Below, piece by piece: positions 1 through 11,106 of a stretch of DNA of 32,000 bases (the first letter of the stretch is position 1; every line of letters begins with the position of its first letter). Below the pieces are notes generated by a model. The model did not search any database. It worked only from the letters and a program-made list of their open reading frames with translations, and was not told the DNA's origin. Position numbers and translations under genes: made by a program. The stretch lies in assembly GCA_002794465.1 (NCBI GenBank), contig MTSL01000146.1, positions 1-32,000 of the forward strand, in the 5' to 3' direction. Source of the stretch: Paramicrosporidium saccamoebae KSL3. Taxonomy: Eukaryota; Fungi; Cryptomycota.

Positions 1-58
1 GTAGAGTTGGGTCGGGTAGAGTTTGGGTGGGGTGGGGTGGGTTAGGTTAGGTTGAGCT
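1..58 (+). repeat. G-rich degenerate pentamer tract (GTGGG/GTTAG/GTCGG), potential G-quadruplex
   Basis: gtttgggtggggtggggtgggttaggttaggttgag: four G3+ runs and ~5-bp periodicity. Confidence 0.7.
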
Positions 59-171
59 GAGGAGAGACGAGGCAAAGAGATACAATCAAATGTAAGCCAG
101 CTTAGATTTATAATACGTCAACTATTGACTAGTAAGCATTATCTACCGCCAAACTTAAATCTGGATTCGAA

Positions 172-231
172 CCAATCAATTTACAAAAATCGGTCGACTG
201 ACAGAATTGCCCTTTCTGGGCATTGACCAAT
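172..231 (+). promoter_or_regulatory. Two CCAAT boxes upstream of DED1
   Basis: AACCAATCA (CCAAT 172-176) and GACCAATCA (CCAAT 227-231), both matching RRCCAATSA, 73-130 bp before the ATG. Confidence 0.4.
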
Positions 232-246
232 CACCTTTTGAGATAA

Positions 247-2502
<2,256 letters not shown>

Positions 2503-2569
2503 TGTAATGAGCTGATAATACGGTAACGTGTTTCTAAGTGAGGATGATAAAGGGGGTGCAAATGAGTAA

Positions 2570-2655
2570 ACTATGTTGTGATATGGGCAGTGTTGGGTAT
2601 TAGGTATTGGGTGTGATGTAATGTGGTTGTGGTTGTGGTTGTGATATAGTATAGC
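2570..2655 (+). repeat. G/T-rich microsatellite-like tract (GTTGTG, GGTATT) downstream of DED1
   Basis: gtggttgtggttgtggttgtgat and gggtattaggtattgggt. Confidence 0.6.
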
Positions 2656-2857
2656 ATAACGCATTTAGTTCTATTATAATATGTGACAGTTTTATAGCTG
2701 GCCATCCCTCCCATTACTGGAACGGATTATGAGATTACTATCTGTGTTGGGGAAACTAAGCGGATACTGCTCGAGTATCACACAGATCCAATATACTACA
2801 CCACTCATCACGAGTGTGTCTGTCGGTTAAATGCCAGCTCTTTTATTAGTTGTAGTC

Positions 2858-4303
2858 TTAGCAAAAATTAATGTTATAGGCTACGGCGAGTGCCTCTACC
2901 AAACTCTTTTCGTCGTGCAATTTTCTCAAGTAAGGGTCGTCGCCACCACACACAATTTGAGTTACTTGTGAGGCTGGTAGTTCGACTGGGGAGTTGTAAT
3001 GCAATGTGAGCACGGTCACGATTATCACTATATCTCTGAATCGAGGTCCGCTCGACATGTACATCCCATTCTCCTCCAGCAACTTGAATAGCCAGGTTTG
3101 CAGCAGTTCTTCCGCAGGAAGGCCGTTGATATAATATGGGCAGAAGGTTAGATTTTGTGCGAGGACTCTTAGGATGTGCTTCTGATCGCTCTGCCCATCA
3201 AGTGTTAACAACTTGTTGTTTGTTCTCTGAAAAGTCTTTCTGAACAGGGAAATGTTCTGTGCGGGCGTGAGCAGGGCGGGGAGACCGATAAATAAAGTGA
3301 GCCGATTGTTGAGCAACCGATCATGGTCTACCAGGATCTTGTAACGGTCCAGGTAGGTCGGATACTGCGAAAGTGTCTGCATGATTGACAAATAGTCGTA
3401 CTGTGGCAGTTTAATCCGACTCAGCCGGGTAATCACTCTCCTAAAGGCATTGTCCTCGCGAAAAGGAGGAGCAAGCAAGAGTACCAGATGTCGTGTCTCA
3501 ATGTCGTTCCGGAAAAGCGAAAAGTCTTCCAGAGCGGCACAGCGGCCGGTATTGTCAAGAATGCAGTTCAGCACAGCGAATAGCAAATCGCCTACGGATG
3601 CGACAAATGTGTGCATCTCTACGAAAAATTCAACGTAAGCAAGCTCAAGGTCATCGTTTTCAAACTGTCCATATCGATCATAGACGATACGAAGAATCGC
3701 TGCTCTTGCTGGCTCGTCATGGATCTTGATGTATCTAAGAAGAACCTTTAGTAGCTGCGGCTCTAAATCTCCAGCCCACTCCAGTGCAAGTGGCGTCAGA
3801 TAGCGGTGCAACGGAGTGTCGTGAGCATCCAAGATGAATTTTTCCCAGTTCATATCCTCCCACCACGGATAGTTGAAGCGATACTCTCCCCGAGTGTCCA
3901 TATAGTCAATACGTTGCATACTTTTCAGAAACCAAGTGGGATCCCTCACGGTTACCGGGAGATGGTGCCATTTCAGAGTTTGCGGGACCGAGAACTGCAG
4001 TTTGGCGGTGCACCAGGGCGATAAGAGCCATCTGGATTCGGGATTTGCATCCACATAAGTGCTCACATCGTCATATAGCTCAGGAGTCCAGTGTTTGCAG
4101 CTGCGGGCCAAGGCATCGTGTATCGAAAAATATTCCATAGTTTGGGTGAGAGTAGCATAGTCGGAAGATTTCAGGAGGACATGGGCCACGGTAGACTTTA
4201 GCCTTTCTGTTAGCGTTCTGGCCATGTCATCTCGTGACAGATACAGCACGATGCCAGGTGCATTCTGGAAAAACAGCAGCAGGAACACCAAAGTCCTTAA
4301 CAT
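2858..4303 (-). CDS. Orphan ~481-aa protein with signal-peptide-like N-terminus
   Basis: Long intronless ORF. The track start at 4330 is TTG; the first ATG (4303) gives MLRTLVFLLLFFQNAPG. No family recognised. Confidence 0.78.
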   Translation of the reverse strand: MLRTLVFLLLFFQNAPGIVLYLSRDDMARTLTERLKSTVAHVLLKSSDYATLTQTMEYFSIHDALARSCKHWTPELYDDVSTYVDANPESRWLLSPWCTAKLQFSVPQTLKWHHLPVTVRDPTWFLKSMQRIDYMDTRGEYRFNYPWWEDMNWEKFILDAHDTPLHRYLTPLALEWAGDLEPQLLKVLLRYIKIHDEPARAAILRIVYDRYGQFENDDLELAYVEFFVEMHTFVASVGDLLFAVLNCILDNTGRCAALEDFSLFRNDIETRHLVLLLAPPFREDNAFRRVITRLSRIKLPQYDYLSIMQTLSQYPTYLDRYKILVDHDRLLNNRLTLFIGLPALLTPAQNISLFRKTFQRTNNKLLTLDGQSDQKHILRVLAQNLTFCPYYINGLPAEELLQTWLFKLLEENGMYMSSGPRFRDIVIIVTVLTLHYNSPVELPASQVTQIVCGGDDPYLRKLHDEKSLVEALAVAYNINFC

Positions 4304-4597
4304 AACAGGGGTTAAAGGGACACTGGCCAAGGTTATTAACCACTGTTTATAGAATAAATTTTATTGACTATAATGCGAAAAGGATTTATTCGGGCATTTC
4401 TTTTGATATACATACCTGGATTGCGGTTGTTGCTGTGATCCAACTATGCCTACTGGTCCGCCCCAGGTTGTGGCTGAGGCTGTGTGGTAAACTTTCTCCA
4501 AGCTAACCGGGGTTGAGCCGTCCATCTCCGGTCAAGACGCCGTCTGTACCCGAGGCAGGTTCATGATAAATTGGCACCCTGATGGTTAAAGATTATT

Positions 4598-4830
4598 GCG
4601 TAGTGGGGATAATACCACAGACGGGGAGGGGGGTTGTTCACTGCTAATCCTAGAATAGTATGGATGCACATGCCGCGTAGTGGGGATGATACCACGACCC
4701 AAGTCATACGGACATCTGTTCATTGCTAATCCTAGAATAGTATGGATACACATCTCACTGTCCTCGAACACCCAGCAAAACGATCCGCTCTAGCACACAA
4801 ATACCCAACTAATCAATCCTCTATGTCACA
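4598..4830 (+). repeat. Dispersed repeat family, locus A: two tandem ~77-82-bp units plus a downstream shared block
   Basis: GCGTAGTGGGGAT(A/G)ATACCAC at 4598 and 4675; GCTAATCCTAGAATAGTATGGAT at 4643 and 4725; 4808-4830 matches 12964-12986 at 20/23. Confidence 0.88.
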
Positions 4831-4856
4831 TAATAACGATGGGGATCTATTAATAT

Positions 4857-6887
4857 CTATCTACGCTGTTTTTGCTTTTGGCTATGCTTGCGTTGTGTAA
4901 GCTGTTTCTCTCTCAGGGATCTGCGCTTCTTGGCACGCACTGTGCCCTTGTGCGCCAACATGATGGCATTCTTGGTAGTCTTTTCCTTGACACGGTTCGT
5001 GGAGCTGGCCTTTTCATGATGTTTTCCCTTCTTTGAGCCATACTTGAGACGGCCCTCACGCCCCGTCTTAATAGAGGCCATGCGCGCCTCATAGTCGGCC
5101 TTGGTCTTTTTACGCGATTCAAGGCTGCGTGGATCCACAACGTCTGGATCTTGAGTTTCCGAATCTGAATCCGAGCTAGATTCTGATTCAGAGGCGTCCA
5201 TCTCACCAGCAACACGTTTGCGTAGTCTACTAATCTCTGCTGGACTGAAAATTTTTTGTGAAGCCAAAGTGACAATGTCTACAGATGGTGAACAGTGTTC
5301 CGTGTCCGAATCCGAATCCAAGTTAGAATCCGAGTTAGAATCGAGATCAGAGCCGGGGTCAGAGTTAGAGTCAGCGTGGGCTTGAGGAGAGGATTGGTCA
5401 TGAATACCACTGGCATCAAGATGGGTGATAGTGTTGGAGCCAAATGTAATGGGCTTGGCGACACGGCCCTCTTTCATGGCAATGGTCACTTCCTTGCCAC
5501 GATCGCGACGATGGAGCATTTCGGGATTAAACTCTCGATAGAGTGCAATCAGAGAACGTGCAGCCATGACTACGCCTTTGTTATTGTAACCCTTGAATTG
5601 GGCGAGATCCTGCAACAGGTCACTTTCCATAGCCGCGGGACAACGGGTGCAAATTTCACGCAGACCGTTGAGACCAGCGGCAATCACCTCATTGGCGCAG
5701 TGTTCAGCGGCAAAGTTGTGGGTAATTGCAGTGAGTAGCGGCATCATGACATCGGATGGAAGCATATCGTGGGTAGCCTGGGCGGCGTAGGCCAAGATCT
5801 GAGTAACCTCCTTTTGATGGGGCTGAATGTAGCGATGAAGGAAGGAGTAAAAGTCAAGTAGTAAAAGTCGATGCGCTCCAATCACACGCGAGATTACATT
5901 CATCATCAACAGCTTCAGATCAAAGGGTTCGTTACTACGCTTTAGCTGCGCAAATAGCTTTTCAACAAAACCCTGTGGATCGTGCAAAAGATGGATAGCG
6001 GCAAAGGAGCCGTGTCGGTCGTTGTTTTGATTCTTTCGCTCCTTTCGATGCATTCCATTTAGTGCTTTTTTCAGCTTTTTTGCTGTGGTGCGCTTGTTTG
6101 CTCCACTAAAGCTACTCTTTTGCAGTAGCTCCTTGTATTCATTGCCTTCCTCTTCCTCATCTTCACTATCGTCGGCCAGCGCCTTTCCACGGAAACGACC
6201 CACAAAGAAATTCAGCGCCGTATTCATCACTTTGGGACTGACCTTTCGCACAGCTGCATCAGCCACAACGTTTACGGTGCGGACATCGTCCCAAATGCGC
6301 TTTCGGTAGAGTTCAATGATAATCTGCAAAATGCGGTCTAATGCCAAATTCTCATCAGTGCCCAACTGCGTCCCGGAATGTTCTTCAAATAGGCCATACA
6401 TGTAGTTCTGCAGGGACCGGTTCAGGCCATTGTTTTTGTGGGGTCGGTTGGCCCGACGCACTTCGCCCACAATAGACGTGTATAGCATCTCTCGCAGTGT
6501 CTTGTCCTGTACCCGCAACAGTCGGAAAAATAGCTCCAGCAACGGCTGCAGCTCCAGCAGTCCGTGCTTCCGGAGTAGCAACAGGCCTTGCACCAATACT
6601 CGTCGTAGCGACGCATTCATTCCCGCTGCTTCTCGCTCAAGCAGTCCCGTTATCAAGCCTGGAAACTCTTGTCGACTCTCTGGATAACAGCCAGCGACAT
6701 GACTGAGAAAGGTCACTAGTGCCTCAAAATGGTCATCTGCCGCTGAGGGACGAACCTCGACAATCGCCAGGGAAGCCTTGAAGTGCAAATACTGTTGGGC
6801 AAACTCTTGTGCGTAGGATGCTGCATCCCGTTTGATGAGGTTCTGCAGATGGGGATAGTTACTGGGCTGAATGGCAGCTCGTCCCAT
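4857..6887 (-). CDS. SDA1: Sda1, 60S ribosomal subunit biogenesis/export factor (~676 aa)
   Basis: Start moved to ATG 6887 (MGRAAIQPSNYPHLQNLIKRDAASY matches the Sda1 N-terminus); FSAIHLLHDPQGF-like motif, GLNGLREIC, YEARMASIKTGREGR, STNRVK and basic tail. Confidence 0.94.
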   Translation of the reverse strand: MGRAAIQPSNYPHLQNLIKRDAASYAQEFAQQYLHFKASLAIVEVRPSAADDHFEALVTFLSHVAGCYPESRQEFPGLITGLLEREAAGMNASLRRVLVQGLLLLRKHGLLELQPLLELFFRLLRVQDKTLREMLYTSIVGEVRRANRPHKNNGLNRSLQNYMYGLFEEHSGTQLGTDENLALDRILQIIIELYRKRIWDDVRTVNVVADAAVRKVSPKVMNTALNFFVGRFRGKALADDSEDEEEEGNEYKELLQKSSFSGANKRTTAKKLKKALNGMHRKERKNQNNDRHGSFAAIHLLHDPQGFVEKLFAQLKRSNEPFDLKLLMMNVISRVIGAHRLLLLDFYSFLHRYIQPHQKEVTQILAYAAQATHDMLPSDVMMPLLTAITHNFAAEHCANEVIAAGLNGLREICTRCPAAMESDLLQDLAQFKGYNNKGVVMAARSLIALYREFNPEMLHRRDRGKEVTIAMKEGRVAKPITFGSNTITHLDASGIHDQSSPQAHADSNSDPGSDLDSNSDSNLDSDSDTEHCSPSVDIVTLASQKIFSPAEISRLRKRVAGEMDASESESSSDSDSETQDPDVVDPRSLESRKKTKADYEARMASIKTGREGRLKYGSKKGKHHEKASSTNRVKEKTTKNAIMLAHKGTVRAKKRRSLREKQLTQRKHSQKQKQRR

Positions 6888-6907
6888 TCCTGCGACCGGG
6901 GTCAACG

Positions 6908-7723
6908 ATGCGGACTGCATTGATATTGTGGATACTATGGTTAGGCGTGCATTCGCGACAAGACGCACAGTCCACAGAAATGGTGTATGTGGAGAGCATT
7001 GGATTTGTGTGGGTTTCCCGGTCCGCCGAGCACCGGAACCGACGAAGAGTGCGACAACGAAGGAGAATTGCCCCTGGCGACAATATCGTCTTGTCTTCCC
7101 AGCACGGTGACACGGAACATGCCTACAATGCTCCCCAACGCGCAAGAGACGAGCTATGTGGTCATCCAGACTTTCCAAACATGTCGAAGCGTCGATATGA
7201 CTATATTCAAACTCTCCTGGCTGGAATTCCGACTAGGAGCACTCAGTCAGTGATCAGCGCAGTCATTTCGCAGTTAAAACCAAAACTCCGACAGTTGCAT
7301 CGCGGCTATGTCTTTCTATCTCGTCGTGGAATTGGACTGGCAGAAGATGTGTGCACGGGGGACGACCACAGGGAACGCATAGAGGTGTGGTGGTCTGAGG
7401 ATGAGGAGTACAATACCAGCCGTTTGCCGAAACGGCCGTCCTCCTCGAATGGCGGACCGATCCGACCACGGACCTTTAAATATCGCTATCCGTTACGAGA
7501 CTATCGCAACAGCTTCTTCAAGGGGCTGAAGTATCATTTGTTTGGTCTTGTCGATCCGGTAGAAAAGATGATGACCCTGGTGATGGATATGACACCTGAG
7601 CGGGCGGAATCTTTACAATTACCCAAGGAAGGCCGAAGAATTGACACGGGAGAGTGGCAGAGATACGTGGAACGATACACTGTCAACGATAGATTTGAGG
7701 CCAATCCCGTTTATGAAAAATAA
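6908..7723 (+). CDS. Orphan 271-aa protein with signal-peptide-like N-terminus
   Basis: ATG-initiated intronless ORF filling the SDA1-PRP4 gap; MRTALILWILWLGVHS; no family recognised. Confidence 0.62.
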   Translation: MRTALILWILWLGVHSRQDAQSTEMVYVESIGFVWVSRSAEHRNRRRVRQRRRIAPGDNIVLSSQHGDTEHAYNAPQRARDELCGHPDFPNMSKRRYDYIQTLLAGIPTRSTQSVISAVISQLKPKLRQLHRGYVFLSRRGIGLAEDVCTGDDHRERIEVWWSEDEEYNTSRLPKRPSSSNGGPIRPRTFKYRYPLRDYRNSFFKGLKYHLFGLVDPVEKMMTLVMDMTPERAESLQLPKEGRRIDTGEWQRYVERYTVNDRFEANPVYEK

Positions 7724-7744
7724 CTGTATAATAAAAGTGCTATA

Positions 7745-7912
7745 CGATGAAGGATAATGAGGTCTTTACCATTTAGGACTATTATGTTATTTGTGAGACT
7801 ATAAGAGGGTCGTTGGATTGACTGAATAAATTCTCGCCTCTTCTCTTCTCTTCTCGTCCCATCTCGTCGTCTCTTCCCGCCTGACAACGTCCGTGGTATT
7901 ATCCCCACTACG
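7745..7912 (-). repeat. Dispersed repeat family, locus B (inverted copy with GAGAA microsatellite expansion)
   Basis: Reverse complement aligns with 12803-12913: CGTAGTGGGGATAATACCACGG ... AGAATTTATTCAGTCAATCCAACGACCCT(C/T)TTATAGTCTC ... AAATGGTAAAGA(C/T)CT(C/T)ATTATCCTTCATCG. Confidence 0.92.
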
Positions 7913-7935
7913 TGAAAAGTACATCAATATACACA

Positions 7936-9384
7936 TCAAGTAGCCATCGAATTTGCATTCTGACACTTCCATAGCTTTATCGTACGATCTGCACTTGCAG
8001 TTAATACACTGGGCCCCGCGCCTCTTGACATTTCTGCATCCAATACCTTGGATTCGTTTCCACTGAGAGTGACAAGCGGCTTTAGATCTGTACTCCAAAG
8101 TCGGGCTGTACCATCGAAACCCGCGGTAAGCAGCACTTCATTGCGCCATTTGGCACAACTTACCACGGAAGACTGAGCTGGAAGCACATGAGTAGGAAGT
8201 AGTTTACGCAAATCCCAGATGCGCACAGTGCCATCTTCACTTCCGGTAGCGATTGTGGGAAGGAGAGGATGAAAATCAAGTGACAGGATTGCCTTGATGT
8301 GGCCTTGCAGTGTCCAAATGGCCCGACCCAATCTGAGATCCCAAATCCGGCCATGGGAATCGAGTGCACCCGTTGCCGCCAATGCCCCATCAGGATGGAA
8401 TGCCATCGAGTACACGTGACGAGAATGTCCCTCTTGCAATTGCAGTTCACATTGTCGTTCCACGTCCCAAAGACGCCAACTGTGGTCAAAACTCGCCGAG
8501 CCTAGCAAACGTCCCGAGGGATGAAAAGCCACCTGTGACACCCTTCCTGTATGTCCTCTCAGCTCACCCGTCGCCTTTTCTTGCTGCAAAGACCAAAGCG
8601 CAATCTTTCCCTCGTTGTCGCAGCTGGCCAGTGTGTTGTCTACTGGACTAAAGACGACACTCCCAATTCGTGACGAATGCACACCCTCCAATTCGCAAAT
8701 CAGAGTGCAGTCCTCAGCCGACCAAATACGACAGACGCCCCCAAAATCACCCGTCGCAAACACTCCGCCGTCGGGAGAGAAAGAACAGGATGAAATTGGC
8801 CGCTCTCCCCCCACCTGACTCGCTACCAATTCAAAACCTCGCATTTTTGCATACAGCTCGGATCGCTGCCGTTGCACTTTTTCTGGTGGCTGCGCTCGGT
8901 ACTCTTTCTCTTGATTTAACCGTTCTTGTGAGCGTTTTAGGCTGTACTCTACTAGCCAACGTCTCGTCTCTTCCAACTCTCTTGAACCCGGCACAAAAAA
9001 CTCTTCCGAATCATCCACCTGTTCCTCCTGTTTCGTCTCCAGACCCGCTACATCCAACAGCTTTTGGTATTGTTCACGCTTTCCTGATGATAATAATGTC
9101 CGAAGTCGTTCACGACGGTCATAAGGGCCCTCGGCAAAAACTGTGATGGGTTCTTTAATGCCGCGTAGCCAACTCTTTACGATACGGTCGTCTGTGGGGA
9201 TGGCAAGCTGTTTTCCGCGTTGCTTTGCTTGTCGCTCGGAGAGATAGAGAGACTGTAATGCGGTGGGTTCGACCAGCTGAGGAGAGTGAGAGGCCTTTAT
9301 TTCCTCCAGCGCGACTCCTTCAATGTCATTGGTGTCTTCATGGGATACGTCGTTCAAGCTGCCAAAATGTATTCGGTTTGACAT
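7936..9384 (-). CDS. PRP4: U4/U6 snRNP WD40 protein Prp4 (~482 aa; alternative ATG at 9432)
   Basis: IHFGSL N-terminus, PRP4/SFM domain (IPTDDRIVKSWLRGIKEPITVFAEGPYDRRERLR), SQVGGERPIS, seven WD repeats (LQEGHSRHVY). Confidence 0.95.
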   Translation of the reverse strand: MSNRIHFGSLNDVSHEDTNDIEGVALEEIKASHSPQLVEPTALQSLYLSERQAKQRGKQLAIPTDDRIVKSWLRGIKEPITVFAEGPYDRRERLRTLLSSGKREQYQKLLDVAGLETKQEEQVDDSEEFFVPGSRELEETRRWLVEYSLKRSQERLNQEKEYRAQPPEKVQRQRSELYAKMRGFELVASQVGGERPISSCSFSPDGGVFATGDFGGVCRIWSAEDCTLICELEGVHSSRIGSVVFSPVDNTLASCDNEGKIALWSLQQEKATGELRGHTGRVSQVAFHPSGRLLGSASFDHSWRLWDVERQCELQLQEGHSRHVYSMAFHPDGALAATGALDSHGRIWDLRLGRAIWTLQGHIKAILSLDFHPLLPTIATGSEDGTVRIWDLRKLLPTHVLPAQSSVVSCAKWRNEVLLTAGFDGTARLWSTDLKPLVTLSGNESKVLDAEMSRGAGPSVLTASADRTIKLWKCQNANSMAT

Positions 9385-9453
9385 GAGACAGTGCTGGCCA
9401 CGCCGCCCAGGGTTGACAAGTTTTAATACCATCCCCGCAAGAATATTGTCAAA

Positions 9454-11004
9454 ATGAGGCTCGTGTGGCTCCGTCTCATCATCACATGTTCGGCAATATG
9501 CATCAAATTATCCCAAAACATCATCGAGACTAAGCTCGATGGCGCACTCTTACACGTCGTCTATTGGTCATCGCTACAATATAAAGACAATTATCCAGCC
9601 ATGGGCCAAATGCTGAGTTCTTTTGGCTTGGGACAGACAAAGATTTTGACTGATACTTGCTCCAAGTGGACACGCAATATTTACCAAATGGTCCGCGAGT
9701 TTGTGGTTGCAAATCCAAAATACGAACAGTACTTTTTGACACCGGAATGTGCCCAGTTGTTAAAAGTTCTGACTATTCAGGACACTGTGGACAATTTGAG
9801 GGATGGACTTTACGCGTCAGCGCCTCCAGATTGCAATATGGAAAATGAGTTTGCATTGAAGCTGGCGTTACTCAATATTGACTGCATAGATCGGTTTGGT
9901 CTCTTCCGATCCCGACTAGTCACAAGAATCCTTGACTGGTCATTTCTGCCGACAGATGACATGCTATCCAACGTTCCAGTGTCTGGATATCTAAGCCATC
10001 ACATGGTCGAAAATTTTGGAAACGAGTTGACGTTTGTCAAATTTCTATGCGGAAATCTGGAGCGCCATCAAAACAATGTCGAAAACTATCTGGTCATCCT
10101 AGAGATTACGATAGAGCGACTGGCGGCTCTGCGACACCACACAGAGCTAGAAATTCAGGAAGCCCGACTTTTTTATGACGCAATATTAAAGTACTCTCCA
10201 AATATTCCTTACGAGGTGTTGATCAAGACAACAAAGATTACGGCCTATATAAGAAGGACGGCCCCGAATATGACGCTTTCGGGAGTGTTCACGAGCACCG
10301 ATCCTATTCACCTTGTTAAACTTGGGATATTGGTTCATGGTATCCAGCGTGTCGTTCCCCCGAGTTCCCTAGTCTCTGCCACACGCAAGCACCTGAAAGC
10401 GGCGAGTGATTTTGAATTTGTCGAACTATTGCGTCTCATTACCGAATATGGCACGGCAGGCAGTTGTCGGCTGTACACTAACAATCTATACAAACGGCTA
10501 CATGACATCCGACCCCAACTGACCAAAGTAAAACCCACAGTAATGGGCTGTTTTACTGCCGAAGAACGGATCGCCTATTTTCGGAGATGGGAGAGTATCC
10601 TCCCGTGGAAGCGACATTGGATCATTGGAAGTGCCGGCTTTGATCTCACCTGGGCGCACTATTTATTCAGAGTGCCCATTTACCGCAATTCCTTGGGGCA
10701 CGTGAAAAGGCTATTCCATCAGTGTTTGGAGCATTTGCGAAAATATGTTATAGTGTTCTCCACCAATTATGGACTGGTTGAGCGGCATTGGTTGAGCTTG
10801 AACGATCCGCCAGAAGACATGTGCAATGACGTTATAAGACTCTTTACCCTGTTGTTGCTGTCCAAACTACACTATGACGGAATTGGATACGAGCTGGAGT
10901 ATCGATTAGCCTATGAGGTGGCGTGTCAACCAAAGAGTCAATTTACTAGAAACTTGGATATCCTGAGTAGTGGGATAATGGTTGTGTACAATTTGATTTG
11001 TTAG
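9454..11004 (+). CDS. Orphan 516-aa protein, possible signal peptide
   Basis: Long intronless ORF rich in L/Y/F; MRLVWLRLIITCSAIC; alternative ATG at 9601; no family recognised. Confidence 0.8.
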   Translation: MRLVWLRLIITCSAICIKLSQNIIETKLDGALLHVVYWSSLQYKDNYPAMGQMLSSFGLGQTKILTDTCSKWTRNIYQMVREFVVANPKYEQYFLTPECAQLLKVLTIQDTVDNLRDGLYASAPPDCNMENEFALKLALLNIDCIDRFGLFRSRLVTRILDWSFLPTDDMLSNVPVSGYLSHHMVENFGNELTFVKFLCGNLERHQNNVENYLVILEITIERLAALRHHTELEIQEARLFYDAILKYSPNIPYEVLIKTTKITAYIRRTAPNMTLSGVFTSTDPIHLVKLGILVHGIQRVVPPSSLVSATRKHLKAASDFEFVELLRLITEYGTAGSCRLYTNNLYKRLHDIRPQLTKVKPTVMGCFTAEERIAYFRRWESILPWKRHWIIGSAGFDLTWAHYLFRVPIYRNSLGHVKRLFHQCLEHLRKYVIVFSTNYGLVERHWLSLNDPPEDMCNDVIRLFTLLLLSKLHYDGIGYELEYRLAYEVACQPKSQFTRNLDILSSGIMVVYNLIC

Positions 11005-11106
11005 AGTGTATCAGATGAGTTTTAGAGCCATCCCAGACTGAAATTATGCTGGGGGGGGAGCATTGAATTGTTGACCACAAAAACTCTTGGCTTCTTGACA
11101 ATTAGT

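Noticed and set aside
1-58. Telomere (TTAGG)n
   Set aside because: Only two TTAGG units within a mixed pentamer tract, with the G-rich strand pointing into the window towards genes.
163-173. Perfect B-box/T-loop GGTTCGAATCC on the - strand, suggesting a tRNA
   Set aside because: No acceptor stem, D-arm or anticodon arm can be built around it, and it overlaps a CCAAT box. At most an isolated TFIIIC site.
4408-4575. U1 snRNA-like 5' end (ATACATACCTGG ... TGATC ... CCAGG)
   Set aside because: It has ACAUAC instead of the invariant ACUUAC, no AUUGCAC U1A loop and no convincing Sm site. The motif is also simply the reverse complement of a CAG|GTATGT donor-like sequence. An Infernal RF00003 scan would settle it.
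6888-7178. 97-aa N-terminal extension of Sda1 in the ORF track
   Set aside because: Homology begins at MGRAAI (ATG 6887). The extension is antisense to the 6908 ORF and looks non-protein-like.
7891-7912. Core hairpin with TGGTATTAT as a CRESS/rolling-circle origin or Helitron end
   Set aside because: Only 7/9 match to TAGTATTAC, the nonamer overlaps the stem, the stem is just 4-5 bp, there is no properly placed CTRR end and no Rep gene.
7901-7920. CACTACG in the repeat-family core as a CACTA transposon terminus
   Set aside because: In copies B and C the shared sequence lies on the side that would be outside a CACTA end. No paired opposite terminus, 3-bp TSD or transposase is present.
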